DNA from: the human T2T-CHM13v2.0 reference genome, Homo sapiens
Length of the DNA stretch: 64,000 nt
NCBI RefSeq assembly: GCF_009914755.1
Contig: NC_060925.1
Reading direction: 5' to 3' (one strand)
Every line of letters begins with the position of its first letter. Position 1 is the stretch's first letter. The position numbers and the translations under genes are program-made. Positions 27,987-45,560 of this stretch are shown here, piece after piece. The notes under the pieces are model-generated. The model did not search any database. It was not told the origin of the DNA and was given only the letters and a program-made list of their open reading frames with translations.

Positions 27987-29280
27987 CTATTATCTTGACA
28001 AATATCCCTTCATAATGACCTGTCAGACCAGGTTTGAATTCAGAATTCTCTGATTTTATCAGATTCCATGACAAAGCATGGCAATGCAGGGAGAGGTGGC
28101 CCCCGCCCACTGGGTGCCTCCTTTATTTCCCCACCCCTTGATTTGTTCTGCATCATGAAGAGCCTGGTGCATATATATATATGTGGGTCCCCCACCTATA
28201 TGTATAAGATCTGGCTACAGCCCTGGTGTATACCATTAGCCCATTTCACTCGTAAGAGGTATGAGGCCAGAGCAAGCCCTGGAAGCCGGCTTGGAGCTAT
28301 TTGGGCTATTTGGGTGTTAGATGCACTTCTAGAAGGGGGCATCTGTTCTAGCTGGGCACATCACGTTGGCAGTATGGATTCTTATCCTGTGGGGCAGAGC
28401 CAGAGGTCAGAGTAAAGTCTTCTAAAGTGTCGGTCCAGGGTAGGGGCTCCTCTTACCTAGACCAAAGAGTGGTATTGTCTCTAGACATAAGGTTCTTTTT
28501 CAAATTGTATTTCTATTCCAAGGGTTTAAGTTGAAAATGAATGAGTAGATTCAAGAAAAAGAATTCCATAACATCCAACATTTAATGATTTAAAAAGAAA
28601 AGCCTGGTAACTAGAGTGGAAGGAAGCTTCCTTAATCAGAGCAGCTGTGAAAAATATATGGGAAAAAATCTTATTTAGTGGTAAAACTTTTCAAACATTC
28701 ACATTAAAATTTAGAAGTAAGTTAAAAGATGTCTAGCCCCTACCTTCTGTATCGTATTAGAGGGCCTAACCATTGCAGTAAAACAAGGGGCTAAACAGTT
28801 TAAGACGTAGGAAAAAAATCTGAACTCACTAATAAATCTCGACATCTCTAAAAGTGGGACAGTATGTATATGCCTTCTGCTATGATGCAAGGAAGTACCT
28901 ATGAAGTATTCTTGCAAAAGCAAACAAAAAACCAAAAACTAATCAAGCCTCTAGATGTCACTGGCAGTTTCTGGAACAAATTAAGCATCACCATGAAGAT
29001 GTAATCAGCAGAATCATGAAGTGGGAAATTCTATAGGACCAATGACTTAGATTCTTCAACAAATGGCAGGGGGGAAGAAATGGAGAGGGAATTGTCATGT
29101 GAACTAAATGCAATGTGACAATCTTGTTGGATCCTGATTTTAACTAACTGTGGAAGGAAGGGCATTTTTGAGACAGAAAACTGAACATGGAACAGGTATC
29201 AGATGATATTAAGGAATTATTAATTTTGTTGGGTATGATAATGGGATTATCAGTATGTTTTTTAAAAATAAGAAAAGGCA

Positions 29281-30860
<1,580 letters not shown>

Positions 30861-30899
30861 TCTCTTTTAAAAATGTATATATTAAAAAGCCCCACAATG

Positions 30900-32068
30900 A
30901 ATAAATTTAGAAAAGAAGGGGAGACTTTATGGCCTGCAAGGTGGCCATCCTGCAGGCTGGGAAGCGTGCCTCCAGAAACAGGCGCTTTGAAGGAGGAGGG
31001 CTTGGAGTGTAGTTCAGGCTGAACAGGTTGGCTAAACCTACATTTTCACCAGGTTACAGGAAGAGCTATGAATATTCATGAAAGTGGTCCTGACACATGC
31101 GTATTGAACAAAAACTCATGTAACATATGACCCATATTCACTTTGGGATGGAGACTTAACTTTTTTGTTGTTGTTGTTCAGACGGAGTCTTGCTCTGTCA
31201 CCCAGGCTGGACTGCAACGATGTGATCTCAGCTCACTGTAACCTCCACTTCCCGGTTTCAAGCGATACTCCTGCCTCAGCCTCCTGAGTAGCTGGGATTA
31301 CAGGAACCTGCCCCCACGCCTGGCTAATTTTCGTATTTTTAGTAGAGATGGGGTTTCCCCATGTTGGCCAGGCTGGTCTCAAGCTCCTGACCTCGTGATC
31401 TTCCCACCTGGGCCTCCCAAAGTGCTGGGATTACAGGCGTGAGCCACCACACCCAGCCAAGACTTAACATTTAAATGTATTACGAGCCCTATACGTCAAA
31501 AGGTCTTTCAGGACATGAAGCCATGCAAATGTGCGACCTCTGTAGACCAGCCAGAACCAGTCCATGGCCAGTGGTCTTCTTACCTGGAGAAAGTTACTGA
31601 AATCAACAAAAAGTTGTCCAATGAAAGCTGTAGCTATGGCTGGTGGAACGGGGACTGGGGGTCAGTAAGTCAGCATCTCGTGGAGCTGCACATTATTTTA
31701 ATATTGTTTATCTTTAGGCCAGTACTTGTTTAGCTGCTAGAGAAGAATCTTGTGGCAGTTAGAACACAGTTTATTCTTTAAGTATAGGGGTGTGGGACTA
31801 AAACCTTGCCTGGAATGGCTTTAGGTCTTTTTTATAATTTGGCATCTTATTGCCAGAGTCTGTTCTGTCAGTCTTATCATCTCTGTTTTAACATTAATGC
31901 TGGCCAGTTGTTGTGTTAAACTACAAAAGGGAGGGAGTATAACAAGGTGTGTCTAACCTGTCCCATCGTGGTCTAGAACTCAGTTTTAAGGTTTTCTAGG
32001 ATCCCCTTGGCCACAAGGGGGCCTATTCTGTTGGTGGCGGACTTAGGAGTTTAGTTTTACTTTATACA
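30900..32068. mobile_element. ERV1 (MER4-group-like) LTR with antisense Alu (31160-31459) inserted
   Basis: LTR-like sequence (gctatgaatattcatg...cagtttattc...ttttactttataca); Alu TSD AGACTTAAC. Confidence 0.6.
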
Positions 32069-32368
32069 GGTGAATGAATAGAGCAGGCTATCTAATGACG
32101 TACACATCATTTGTGAAAGAAAACTCCATAGCAAACTTTATAAAAGGTAAGAGTGGACAGTTCACAGAAGAGGAAATAAGGTTTCATAAGTATGGAAGAA
32201 TGCACCACTTTGTTAGGGAAATGTAAATTGCAATTTTCACAGCGGTAAAAATGGTAAGAGTCTGACCATATCTTGTGTTGGAGAGAATGTGGAACAAAGA
32301 GAACTCATCAATGCTAGTGAGGGTGTAAACTGATAAAATAGTACATACATTATTTAAGACATTCTTGA

Positions 32369-32690
32369 GGCTGGGTGCGGTGGCTCACGCCTGTAATCTC
32401 AACAGTTTGGGAGGCAGAGGCGGGCGGACTGCTTGAATTCAGAAGTTTTGAGACCAGCCTGGGCAACATGGTGAAATCCTGTCTCTACAAAAAATACAAA
32501 AATTAGTCGGGTGTGGTGGTGGGTTCCCGTAGTCTCAGCTATTGTGGGGAGAGGCATGAGGATCGCTTAAACCTGGGAGGTCAAGCTGCAGTGAGCTGAG
32601 ATGGCTCCACTGCAATCCAGCCTAGGGGACAAAGTGAGCCCCTGTCTCAAAAAAAAAAAAAAAAAAAAAAAGAGGGAGAGAGAGAGAGAA
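32369..32690 (+). mobile_element. Alu with A/GA tail
   Basis: Full dimer. Confidence 0.9.
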
Positions 32691-33161
32691 ATTGAGATTC
32701 ATTCAAGGAAATACCATGGGTAGATCCTTAATATCCAATAAGAAAAATGATTTGGAGAACATTAAAGTTTACATACATTAAAAAAACCCAAATGACACTA
32801 AATGCATGTGTCTATAAACATGTTTAAGCACCGTAAAACTAAAAATAAAAGTGGACTAGAATTACACTTTTATTTTTATAAAATAAAATTTTATACCCAT
32901 AAAATTCATGGTAGAAGTGGCCTACGCCAAGGGAGGAAAATGAAGCAGGGAGGAAAGAGGAATTCAATTCTGTAGTATTTAATTTCTTATGAAAAATCTG
33001 GGACAAAAATGAAAAATGTTAAATTTTTAAATTCTTGGTGATAGGTCACAAATGTTTGTTTCATAATTACTTGCACTTTTTGAATAAAAATAAAATCTTT
33101 TGGAAATTAAAAAAATTGGCGATTTGTCATGGTGATTTTCTTAAAAGACTAAGGTGTCTAG

Positions 33162-33521
<360 letters not shown>

Positions 33522-34419
33522 TTATGTCAATTTTTGAATTTGTAATTGGGTGAGAATTAAAGTGTTATAAATTTCACCTTAAGTGAAAATTTATTAGTTT
33601 TCTAATGACAAAAGTAGTTACATCTGACGTAAGGGGATTTAATTATCTTTTTCTGGGCTTGCGTCCCGGAACGCTGCTGCATTATGTAATCTGTAGTAAT
33701 ATACCCACGAGCAGTTTGGAGGGTTCTGGGAAGCACATTTGTTTTGCTTACCTACCATGGGAAAGATTCCACGTGGTCCTAGAAGCATACGTATTCGTCG
33801 GTTACAGTATTTTAAATATTCACTGGCCGCTGAAATTTAAAATGGATGAAAAAGAAATTCTCTTAAGTAGCGTTCTTGAAACTGCTTTATCAAACTCAGT
33901 TCATATTTTCAGTTGGAGTTCGTGATGTATGTGAATTTCCTTTAAATAAAACCCGAATCTTTAGTAATACAAATATTGGGAACTTCGATTACTGTAGGTC
34001 TTAGGGTAGACTCGCTTGGACTTTGACTAAATACTATGCTTTAGAAATTTATCTTTAGGAGATAAATTTGGGGGGTTTATCTTTTTATATTTGCTTTGTT
34101 TCAATTTATTTAAATAAAAGTAGTCTTTCTAGAAGTATGTTTTATAGTACCACTTACCTCGGTTACTGTCCCAGTTAAGCAGTTTTCACGAATGTGGAAA
34201 AATAGTAGTGTTTTTCTTTCATACACGCGTATATGAAAAATTTTTACATTGATAGAGAATTATTCGTAAAAATTAAAGTAAATTTACTGTTAGTCTCTAA
34301 TTTTGTTCTGAGATAGCCACGCTGTGGCATTAAGAAGGATAATCAAGGAATAAGCCATAATGTTCAGAAAGGGGCTTTACTTTTTATTTTTAATATTATT
34401 GATAAACTTTGTTTAGTCG

Positions 34420-34960
<541 letters not shown>

Positions 34961-36191
34961 AGAGTAGAATATTGTCTAACTGGAGTTAACTGTCGTTTTT
35001 CACTATTCCCACTGGGGAAGTACCGGGTGATCTTTTTGTGTGGCTAACACTGGACGTCTTTAGGAGGTTTAGAGCAAAATGGCTGGGACCGCCAAAAAGG
35101 CTACAAGCTATTTCCTGAGTGTGAAATGTGGGCGGTGAGCACAATGGAGTGGGTTTTTGTGTGTTTGGTGTATATGAGAGAATGTGGTTATATACAAGAA
35201 ATTCTAATCTTACAGCTTTTACTATTGGTTTAAGCCTGATGTCTGTCTTGGCAGAAAAGCAAAACACCCAAGCACCTGACCTCGGGTCCCTGCTTAGCTA
35301 CACCTAATACTTATGGTGTAATCCTGACTGCTCTCCAGATACAGCTCTTAATTTTCTTGTTAATGGATATTTTGTTTGGTTTTGGTGGTCAGGAAGGGTG
35401 GAATGGGATGAAGTGGAAATGAGAATGAAGAAACTTTGTTATCTAAGTATTTAGAGGAGACTTTTATTCTCCTCTTGATTGCAAGATATAATAGTAATAT
35501 TGTTCTTAGGTTCCAATATGAATTTGGGATTGTGTAGGTTCCCAAATGGGCCCGCTAGTGAGCCTACACCACTCATCAGCCTTGGAACTGGGGGGAACCC
35601 AGTTTATCTTTCTCCCTTGGATCAGCATTCTCAATAGCAGGAGTGGAAGGAATCTCAACTTTTTATTGAACAAAGTCATTTAATTGTTTCAAGGACAGAT
35701 GTTCTCTAAAACTATATTCTATTGGAGATTTATTTTAATCCTTGGGTAGATTTTTTAAGAGTTGCTGGAAAACTTAAGATTTTTTATTCCCATTTTCCCA
35801 AGCCAAATGCATTAGTGACAGTAACCATTTATTTAGCTCTTTGTGTCAGGGACCCTGTTAAACTCTTGACATGAAGTATTTTGTTTAATCCTACCAACAG
35901 TCCAATGAGGTACTGTTTATTTTAGAGATGAGGAAACTGAGGCTAACAGAATTTGTGCTCAGATTCTTAGAGCTAGTTAGTGGCAGAAGAAGGATCAGAC
36001 CAGGTTTTTCTACCTCCAAAGTCTGTACCCCTAGCATCTATTCTATAATGCTTTCCTAACTCATGTCTACAGATTTTATTCTTCCTAAGATCCCTGGTTA
36101 TTAATAAGACTACTTGAATATATTGGGTAGTTATGATTTATTTTGTCAGCTAGTCAGCTATTATATTTTCATGACATTTCTTTTCTTTACC

Positions 36192-37195
<1,004 letters not shown>

Positions 37196-37369
37196 TGATT
37201 TTTTTTTAATATTAGACACTATCTAGTTAAAATTTAAAAATCAGATTATGTAATTAGTATGTCCTGTGATTTTAACAACTCTAAATAATTTAAATAAAGT
37301 GATTAACTCAGAACAGCCTGTGAGGGATGTGCTTTCCTTTTTCTTTTTAACTTAGGTAATGAAATTTAG

Positions 37370-37565
37370 AGCAAGAGTCTTCAAACATTTTCTGTAAAGG
37401 TTCAGATAGTAAATATTTTAGGCTTTGTGATTACATGGTCACTGTTGCAACTACTCAAGTCTGCTGTGATAGTGCAGGAGCAGCCAGAGACAGCATAAAC
37501 AAGTGAGCATGGCTGTGTTTCTATAAAGCTTTATAGACACTGAAATTTGAATTTCACATAATTAT
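37370..37565. mobile_element. MER58-like hAT-Charlie fragment
   Basis: caaacattttctgtaaagg...cagatagtaaatattttaggctttg...gcatggctgtgtt. Confidence 0.7.
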
Positions 37566-37579
37566 TTTAAATAATAAGC

Positions 37580-39445
37580 CTACTTTTTTAGTATAATTAT
37601 AGATTTACACAATAATTGAGCAGATAGTACAAAGAGTCCACATACTTCCCCTTCATCCCCAGCTTCTCCTATTGGTAACATCTTGCATTAGTGTGGTACA
37701 TTGGTTACAATTGATGAGCCAGTATTGATACATTATTATTAACTAAGCCCATCATTTAAAGTTCACTCTGTTGTACATTCTATGGCAGGGATCCCCAGCC
37801 TTTTGGCACCAGGGACTGGTTTCATGAAAGACAATTTTTCCACAGGAGGTGGGGACAGGGAGGCACAGGAAATGTTTTCAGGATGATTCAAGTGCATTAC
37901 ATTTATTGTGCACTTTATTTGTATTGTTATTACACTGTAATATATAATGAAATAATTATATAACTCAACATAATACAGAATTAGTGGGAGCCCTGAGCTT
38001 GTTTTCCTGCAACTAGATGGTCTCATCTGGGGGTGATGGGAGACAGTGATTAGATCATCAGGCGTTAGATTCTCATAAGGAGCGTGCACTCTAGATCCCT
38101 CACATGTGCAGTTCACAGTAGGGTTCACACTCCTATGAGAATCTAATGCTGCTGCTGATCTGACAGGTCGTGGAGCTCAGGCGGTAATGCAAGTGATGGG
38201 GAGTGGCTGTAAATACAGATGAAGCTTCGCTCACTCACCCACCTGCTGCTCACCTCCTGCTGTGTGGCCTGGTTCCCAACAGGGTTGGGAACCACTGTTC
38301 TATGGGTTTTGACAAAGGTATAATGACATGTATCCATAATTACAGTATTATATAGAATAGTTTCACTGCCCTAAAAAAGCCCTATGCTCTACCTATTTTT
38401 TCCTCCTTCCTCTTCCCTACCTCTGGTCAGGTAACCACTGATCTTTTCACTGTCTCCATGGTTTTGCCTTTTGCAGAATGTCATATAGTTGGAATCATAC
38501 AGTATGTAGCATTTTTGAATTGGCTTCTTTCACTTAGCAATATGCACTTAAGGTCCCTCCATGTCTTTTCATGGCTTGATAGCTCATTTCTTCTTAGCAC
38601 TAAATAGTATTACAAAAATACTATTTACAGTGTTACAAAAAATAGTATGTATGTTCTATAGCCTATTAGTCTGCCTAGGCTGCCATAAGACAACACCACA
38701 GACTGCGTGGTTTAAACAATGGAAATTTATTTTCTCCCAGTTCTGGAGGTTAGAGTTCAAGATCAAGATGGCCGCACCTTCAGGTTCTGGTTAGGGCTCT
38801 CTTCCTGGCTTGCATGCACATGGCTGCCTTCTTCTTGTGTCCTCACATGGCACTGAGAGAGAGAATCTTCTTCTTCTTATAAGGCCACAGTCCTATCAGA
38901 TTAGTGCCCCACTTTAATGACCTCATTTAACTTTAATTACCTCCTAAAGACTGTATCTCTCGATATAGTAATATTTGGGGTTAGGGCTTCAACATACGAA
39001 TTTTGGAGGACACAGTTTAGTCCATAAATTCACAGTTTGCTTATCCACTTACCTATTGAAGCACATCTTGGTTGCTTCCAACTTTTGGCAATTATATATA
39101 AAACTGCTGAAAACATTTGTGTGCAGGTTTTTGTGTGGACATGCATTTTCCAATTGTTTGGGTAAATATCAAGGAGCACAATTGCTGGATTGTGTGGTAA
39201 GAACATGTTTTTTGTTTGTTTTGTAAGAAATTGCCAAACTGTCTTCCAAAGTGGCTATACCATTTTGCATTCCCGCTAGCAATGAATGAGCATTTTTGAT
39301 GCTCCACATCCTTGCTAACATTTGGTGTTGCCAGTACTTTGGATTTTAGTCATTCTAATAGGTGTGTAGTGGTATGTTTTAATTTGCAGTTTCCTGATGA
39401 CATATGATGTTGAGCATCTTTTCATATGCTTATTTGCCGTCTGTA
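37580..39445 (-). mobile_element. Old L1M interrupted by MER1 and an MLT1 LTR (~38660-39025)
   Basis: L1 3' signatures on both sides; MLT1 signature ttctggagg...agttcaagatcaag...atgacctcatttaactttaattacctc. Confidence 0.75.
37786..38297. mobile_element. MER1A-like hAT-Charlie DNA transposon within L1M
   Basis: CAG...CTG terminal inverted repeats; perfect 8-bp TSD TTCTATGG (37778 and 38298), typical of hAT. Confidence 0.9.
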
Positions 39446-41291
39446 TGTTTTACCCTCCTCTCTCCTTCTCTCTTCTCTTTTACTCTTGCTTGAATTTGTG
39501 CAAAAGCTGCTTTATTCTGCTTTCTTCTTTCTTCCCTCCTCCTCCTCCTTTCTCCTTTCTCCTTTTTCCTTCTCTTTATTCTTCTGTCAGCTGTACTTAA
39601 GATATGTGTATCAAGATCAGAAGCTTTCGTCTGCCACTGTGGTTTCGTTTATGTCTTCAGTCTCTTCTGTGAAGGTTCTCTTGGCTTTCTAGCACTAAAT
39701 CAAAATCTGGTGCTCCTGGATGACACAACTTCCCGTAATGCCCCGGTGAACGGTTGCTAATTTTATTCTCAAAACCTTTTCACCATAGGGCCTCTGTTGG
39801 TGGGATAGGTGTCTCCATTGTCCTTCACTGCTATTCTCCTTTCCTCCTCCCTAAAAATATCTAAGTTGAAATCTCATTTTGTCACAATATCCCATCCTCT
39901 ACCTCTCCTGATTCCTGGATCACTCTCTTTCACTTTTCTTTTTTTCTTTTAGAGATGGGGTCTTGTTCTCTTGCCCAGGTTGGAGCTGGAGTATGCGGTG
40001 GAGCAATCACAGCTCACTGCATCTTCAGACCCCTGGGGTCAAAGGATCCTCCTGCCTCAGCCTCCCGAGTAGCTGGGACTACAGACACATGCCACCATGC
40101 CTGGCTTCTTTTTGGCTTTTTGAAAACATTTTGCCACTAGCTTACTGTTACTTTCTTCACCATTACTTCCATCATGATTCTTGGATGATTTCAGTATCCT
40201 TAGAGAAGATCCTTCAGATACACTGACCTGTCATTTTCTGGACCTCCTCTTTATCACTGATCTTACCTTTTACCCAGTCTCAGCCATTTGCTTTCCTGAT
40301 CATAAGCCTAAGTCTTGTCACTACCAATAACATCTCACTTTCAAACATCCTGCTCTGACTGCCTTCGCCTGTTTTACCAGCTTACTTCCTTTAGTATTCC
40401 AGTTTCAATAGTTGTTCAGTCCTTCTGAGATTTTGCCATGTTTCCAGTGTCTCTCATTCTCTTCAGTTCATCACGTCCCTCTTACCCAGTTTAAATACCA
40501 TGGACAGTCATTGTCACTATTTCCTTCCTTTCACCTTTCATATTCATGTCTGTCTCTTTTCTGGTAGGTTTCTCTTGGATAAACCTATTAGTTAAATTCA
40601 GTTTTGCCCACTTCATGCCTGTCGTAGTATAGCTGAATCAGCTGAAGAAAACACTTCAACTGTCCTGACTGGTCTCAATTTAAGTGTTGCCAGACCAATC
40701 ATATTTCCCTGGTCCTCTCACTGTCCCATTCTGATGATTGCTTTATAAAGTTTCTTCTATCTTCAAACCTCCAACATCTCTCCCATCCTTTGAATCAGAA
40801 GAGAACTTCTACAGTCTCCCACTACCTCATTTACCCACCTATCAACATGTTTGCTTTCTCTTTTGTTGGTGAGAATGAGTGGCTTCTTGCTCCTAGCTAG
40901 AGCCAGTCCTTCCATATGTGCTTTAGATTCTTCCTGTTTTGTTCAAGAATATTGCTCAAGCTATTCTTCCTCCTGTTTCCTGCATCAGCATTTCCCCTCT
41001 CTACTAGATCATCTCTGTCAGTAAATGAACATGTTGTTGTTTCTCCTAGAAGTACTGTTTCTATATCTAGATAGTACTCTAGCTAGAGTTAAAAAAAAAA
41101 AAAACAAAACCAACAAACTCAAAACTCTCTTCAGATGTTACTTCACCTCTTGCTGTTACTGCATTTCTCTACTGTATGTTACAGCAGAATTCCTTTTAAA
41201 AAATGTCCACGTTCACTGACTCTAGTTTTTTATTTCTCCTTGTCTCTTGAACCCAGTCCAGTCAGGTGCCACCACTCCACTGAAACTCCTG

Positions 41292-41892
41292 TTTTTTTTT
41301 TTTTTTTTTTTTGAGACAGAGTCTTGCTCTGTTGCCCAGGCTAGAGTGCAATGGCACGATCTTGGCTCACTGTAACCTCCACCTCCTGGATTCAAGCGAT
41401 TCCCGCCTCAGCTTCCTGAGTAGCTGAGATTACAGGCGCCTGCCACCATGCCCGGCTACTTTTTGTATTTTTTTTTTTTTGAGACGGAGTCTCTCTCTGT
41501 TACCCAGGCTGGAGTGCAGTGGCTCACTCGGCTCACTGCAAGCTCCACCTCCCAGGTTCACGCCATTCTTCTGCCTCAGCCTTCCGAGTAGCTGGGACTA
41601 CAGGCACCTGCTACCACACCTGGCTAAATTTTTTTTTGTATTTTTAGTAGAGACGGGGTTTCACCGTGTTAGCCGGGATGGTCTTGATCTCCTGACCTCA
41701 TGATCCGCCTGCCCACCTTGGCCTCCCAAAGTGCTGAGATTACAGGCGTCAGCCACTAATTTTTGTATTTTTAGTAGAGATGGGGTTTCACCATGCTGGC
41801 CAGGCTGGTCTCAAACTCCCGACCTCATGTGATCCACCCGCCTCGGCCTTCCAAAGTGCTGGGATTACAGGCGTGAGCCATCATGCCTGGCC
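41292..41892 (-). mobile_element. Nested Alus (younger Alu ~41470-41757 inside the linker of an AluS)
   Basis: Outer right arm, complete inner dimer, then outer left arm. Confidence 0.88.
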
Positions 41893-42731
41893 TGAAACTG
41901 CTGTTTTTAAGGGCACTACTGATTTCCACATTGCTAAACCCAGTGACTGTGTCTGATCTTATTAAACTTATAAGGAGTAAATGAATAAATAAATGGGCAA
42001 GGTGGAGGTGAGGTGGGAAAGTTTGTTGAGTACACTAAAAATAGTAACTACCATTATTTACTACTGTTGAGGGAAATCTAATAGTGTGGGACTGGTGCAA
42101 AGGATATAGAAATAGGCAATAGGTTTTAGGATACTTTGGGGTAACTGATGCTAACAGTTTCTTATGGATTCTTTTGGAATGTTCTATAAATATACGAGTA
42201 TATTTATCAACCCACCTTCAGTTATTTTTTTAACCACAGAAAAGTCAAAAGATCAGTACACTGATAAACGTGCGTTTTCCTTATCTAGATTTACCAACTG
42301 TTAACATCGTGCCACATTCACTTTATATCTTAATATTACCCACACTTTCCTCCTTTTTCACATCTGAAAGTGGGCTGCAGATAATATGAAACTCCTAAAC
42401 ACTTCACCATGTATTTCCTAAGAATGAGGAAATGTTTATTTTTAAAAAGCATCAATTCATTTTAATATGCTTTATACTTCAAAGCTAACATCACAGGGTT
42501 CTTTTTCACCTTCTTGCACCATATGCTTGTATTTCTCTTCTGCCGCTATGAGAATCCTGATTCCCAATAACATCCTTTGTTTTTATAGGCTCACTTCAGC
42601 AGCTCTGTTGGAAATAAACTGAAAGAGGGGCAAGGGCAGAAGCAGGGAGACGTTTTGGAGGCTGTTATAGCAATCCCCATGAGTTACAATAGTAGCAGTG
42701 GAGTAATGAGAAGTAGTTGGATTATGGATAT

Positions 42732-42733
<2 letters not shown>

Positions 42734-42767
<34 letters not shown>

Positions 42768-42785
42768 ACATATATATACATACAT
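42734..42785. repeat. (CA)n/(TA)n microsatellite
   Basis: Seen directly. Confidence 0.95.
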
Positions 42786-44839
42786 TTTAAAATTTTGAAA
42801 TAGTTTGAAATCTATAGAAAAGTTTTAAGAACAGTGCAAAGAACTCTTGCATGCCTTTTACACAGACTCCTCAGTTGTTAAATTTTACTGCATTTACTCA
42901 ATTTCTCTCTTTCTCCCTTTCAAGAGAGAGAGATGTGTTGACCCATCACCTTTAAATACTGTAGTGTATACTCTCTATCCTCCTGCCTCCCAAAAGAAGG
43001 CCACTTTCCTCTATTACTACCCTATATTTCTTCCAGTCAGGAGATAAACATTGATACAACAGTGTCATCCAATTCAAAGACACCATTCAAAGTTTGCCAT
43101 CTGTTTCAATAATGATTTGCTTTTCTAGTCTAGGATTTTACTTGCAAACACTCATTGCTTTTACTTATCATGTCTCATCAGTGTCCTTTAATCTGGAACA
43201 GTTCTTTAGTCTTTTCCTGTCTCTAATGTCCTTGACAGTCTTAAAGAGTAGAAGTCTTTTATTCGACAAGATGATCCTAAACCACTAAGGGGTTCCTTGG
43301 AAAAATGACCAATTCCAGGGCTGGGAAAGTGCAGGGAAAGTGCAAAATAAGCCTGGAAAATTTTGGGCCAGAAATTCTCAGCAAATGAACATGTTAAAAA
43401 GAACAAAGGCCCCAATATGAATGAACTCCCCGTGGTCAAATCTGGGAAAATTTGGCATCAGAATAAAATGAGGGTATACATTATAGTGTAAATACTATGC
43501 GATGTTCCTATGCCATCATATCATCCTGTGATATAGTCACATGATCACTTGGTCAAGTTGGTATCTTCTAGGTTTCACCACTGTAAAGCCACTGCTTCCC
43601 ATTTTGTATTTTATTGCTATTTTGGGGGAGATAATCTGACATAACACCAATATCCTTTTCTTATTAAACCTCTAACCACGAGCCCTAGCCTCATTAATAA
43701 CCCCAATCTATATCAGTTACCACTCTAATGGTTGCCAAATGGTAACTATCTAACTCTATCATTCTGTCTATCATTCTATCATTGTTGATTGACATTGCAC
43801 TATAAGAACCAACCTACCTACCTACCTTCCTTCCTTCCTTTGTTCCGTGATGAACTCATTGATTCCTTTTTTATTTGGTGGTTGGTAAACCGCTACTCTC
43901 ATTTTATTCTGATGCTCAGATTTTCCCAGATTTGACCACTGAGAATTCATTCATATTGGGGCCTTTGTTCTTTTTGACATATTCCTGTCATTTGCTGAGA
44001 ATTTCTGGCACAGCAAGATTTCCAGGCTTATTTTGCACTTTCCCTGCTGCAAGCCCTGGAATTGGTTATTTCTCCAAGGAACCCCTTAGTGGACTTCTGT
44101 TTGGTGGAAGATGGTATTTAGTATCCAAGATCTGGTCACCCAGTATTTTCATTGCTACTGGGATGTCATTGCTTCTAGGACCTCTTAGCAGACAGAACTA
44201 GGAAATATATATACATGTGTGTATATATATATATATGTGCATGTGTATATATGTATATATGCATAATACAAACATCTGCATATGTGTGTACATATATATA
44301 TACTTCCACAGCTATCTGTATGTGTTATATTTTAAATGAGTTTATTTACTAATACTTCTAGTTCTAATCCAACATCTTAGGATTCTTTTAGTCTCCCGAC
44401 TCTTTCCATGCTCTTAAATCCTTTCTCAGACTGTGAGAAATCTGACTCCAATTATTTTAGTAAAAGGCAAAAGATTCATTCGTTCTGAAGAGAAACCAGA
44501 GCATTCTAATTATTTTAGATATATTCAACCATTTGCTCAGTCACCTAACATATTTGTTCAGTATGACCACTCTCCTAACCACTCAGCCTGCGTTTTCCAT
44601 CTGCTACTCCATTCCCCCTCCCACTGGGCTGGGGCATGCTGGCATCTTTGCTGGGCAATAGTCTCTCCCACACCATCCTATTTCCTTGGATATGAGGCAT
44701 ATTGCTGGAGATGACTGTGCACAAAACCCCATCACCTTTGTTGCCCTGCTTCTTTGGAAGCTGACATCTCTGTGTTGGGAGGGGTAGGGAAGAAAAGGAA
44801 GGTTGGGAAGGGAAGGAAGAATGGGAGGAAAGGTAGGAA

Positions 44840-45560
44840 GCCACATTACAGATATATATTTTGAGAACAGAGCTGACAGAATTTTCTGGTAGATTGATTA
44901 TGGAGAGTGAGGAAGAGAAGTAAATAATTAAGTAATAATGATCCCAAGGTTTTTGGCCTGAGCAACTGGGAAAATCCAATTGTCATTAACTGAGATGAGG
45001 ACAAAGCAGTAGGAGGTTTGGTGGGGTTGATGAGGAGCTCATTTTGGATATGTTAGGTTTGACATGCCTTTTAAACATCTAAGAGGAGATGTCATACTCA
45101 CTGCACATGCATCTTGAAGTGTGGGTTGGAGATGTATATTTGGAAATCCTTGGTATATAGATTTTATTTAAAGCCGTGAGCTCAGCTGAGATTACCAAGG
45201 AAGTAAGATAGATAGAAACGTTTATGCTGAGCCCAGGGACAAATTTGTGTTAGGGAGATGAGGAAGAACCAGCAAGGTAGGTCAACCACTGAGGTGGGAG
45301 GAAAACTGGGTAAGTGTGATATTCTGGAAGTCAAGTGAAGAAAATGCTTCAGTTAAAATGAAAGGATCAACTATGTTAATGCTGTTGATAGGTCAAGTAA
45401 GATGAGGACTATGAGTTTACCATTGAATTTAGCAATATGGAAGTCACTGGGGACATTAATAATTATGTGTATGTGGAGCGGGGAGCTTGATTGGAGCAGG
45501 TTTAGAACGAATGGGAGGAAAGAAATGAGAGAGCCAGATAGAGAACTCTTTAAAGGAGTT
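44840..45560 (+). mobile_element. L2 LINE fragment
   Basis: atgatcccaaggtttttggcctgagcaactgg...ttttggatatgttaggtttga...aagatgaggact. Confidence 0.7.

Noticed and set aside
41064-41090. Short palindromes TATCTAGATA and ACTCTAGCTAGAGT
   Set aside because: Too short to distinguish from chance or minor slippage in 64 kb.
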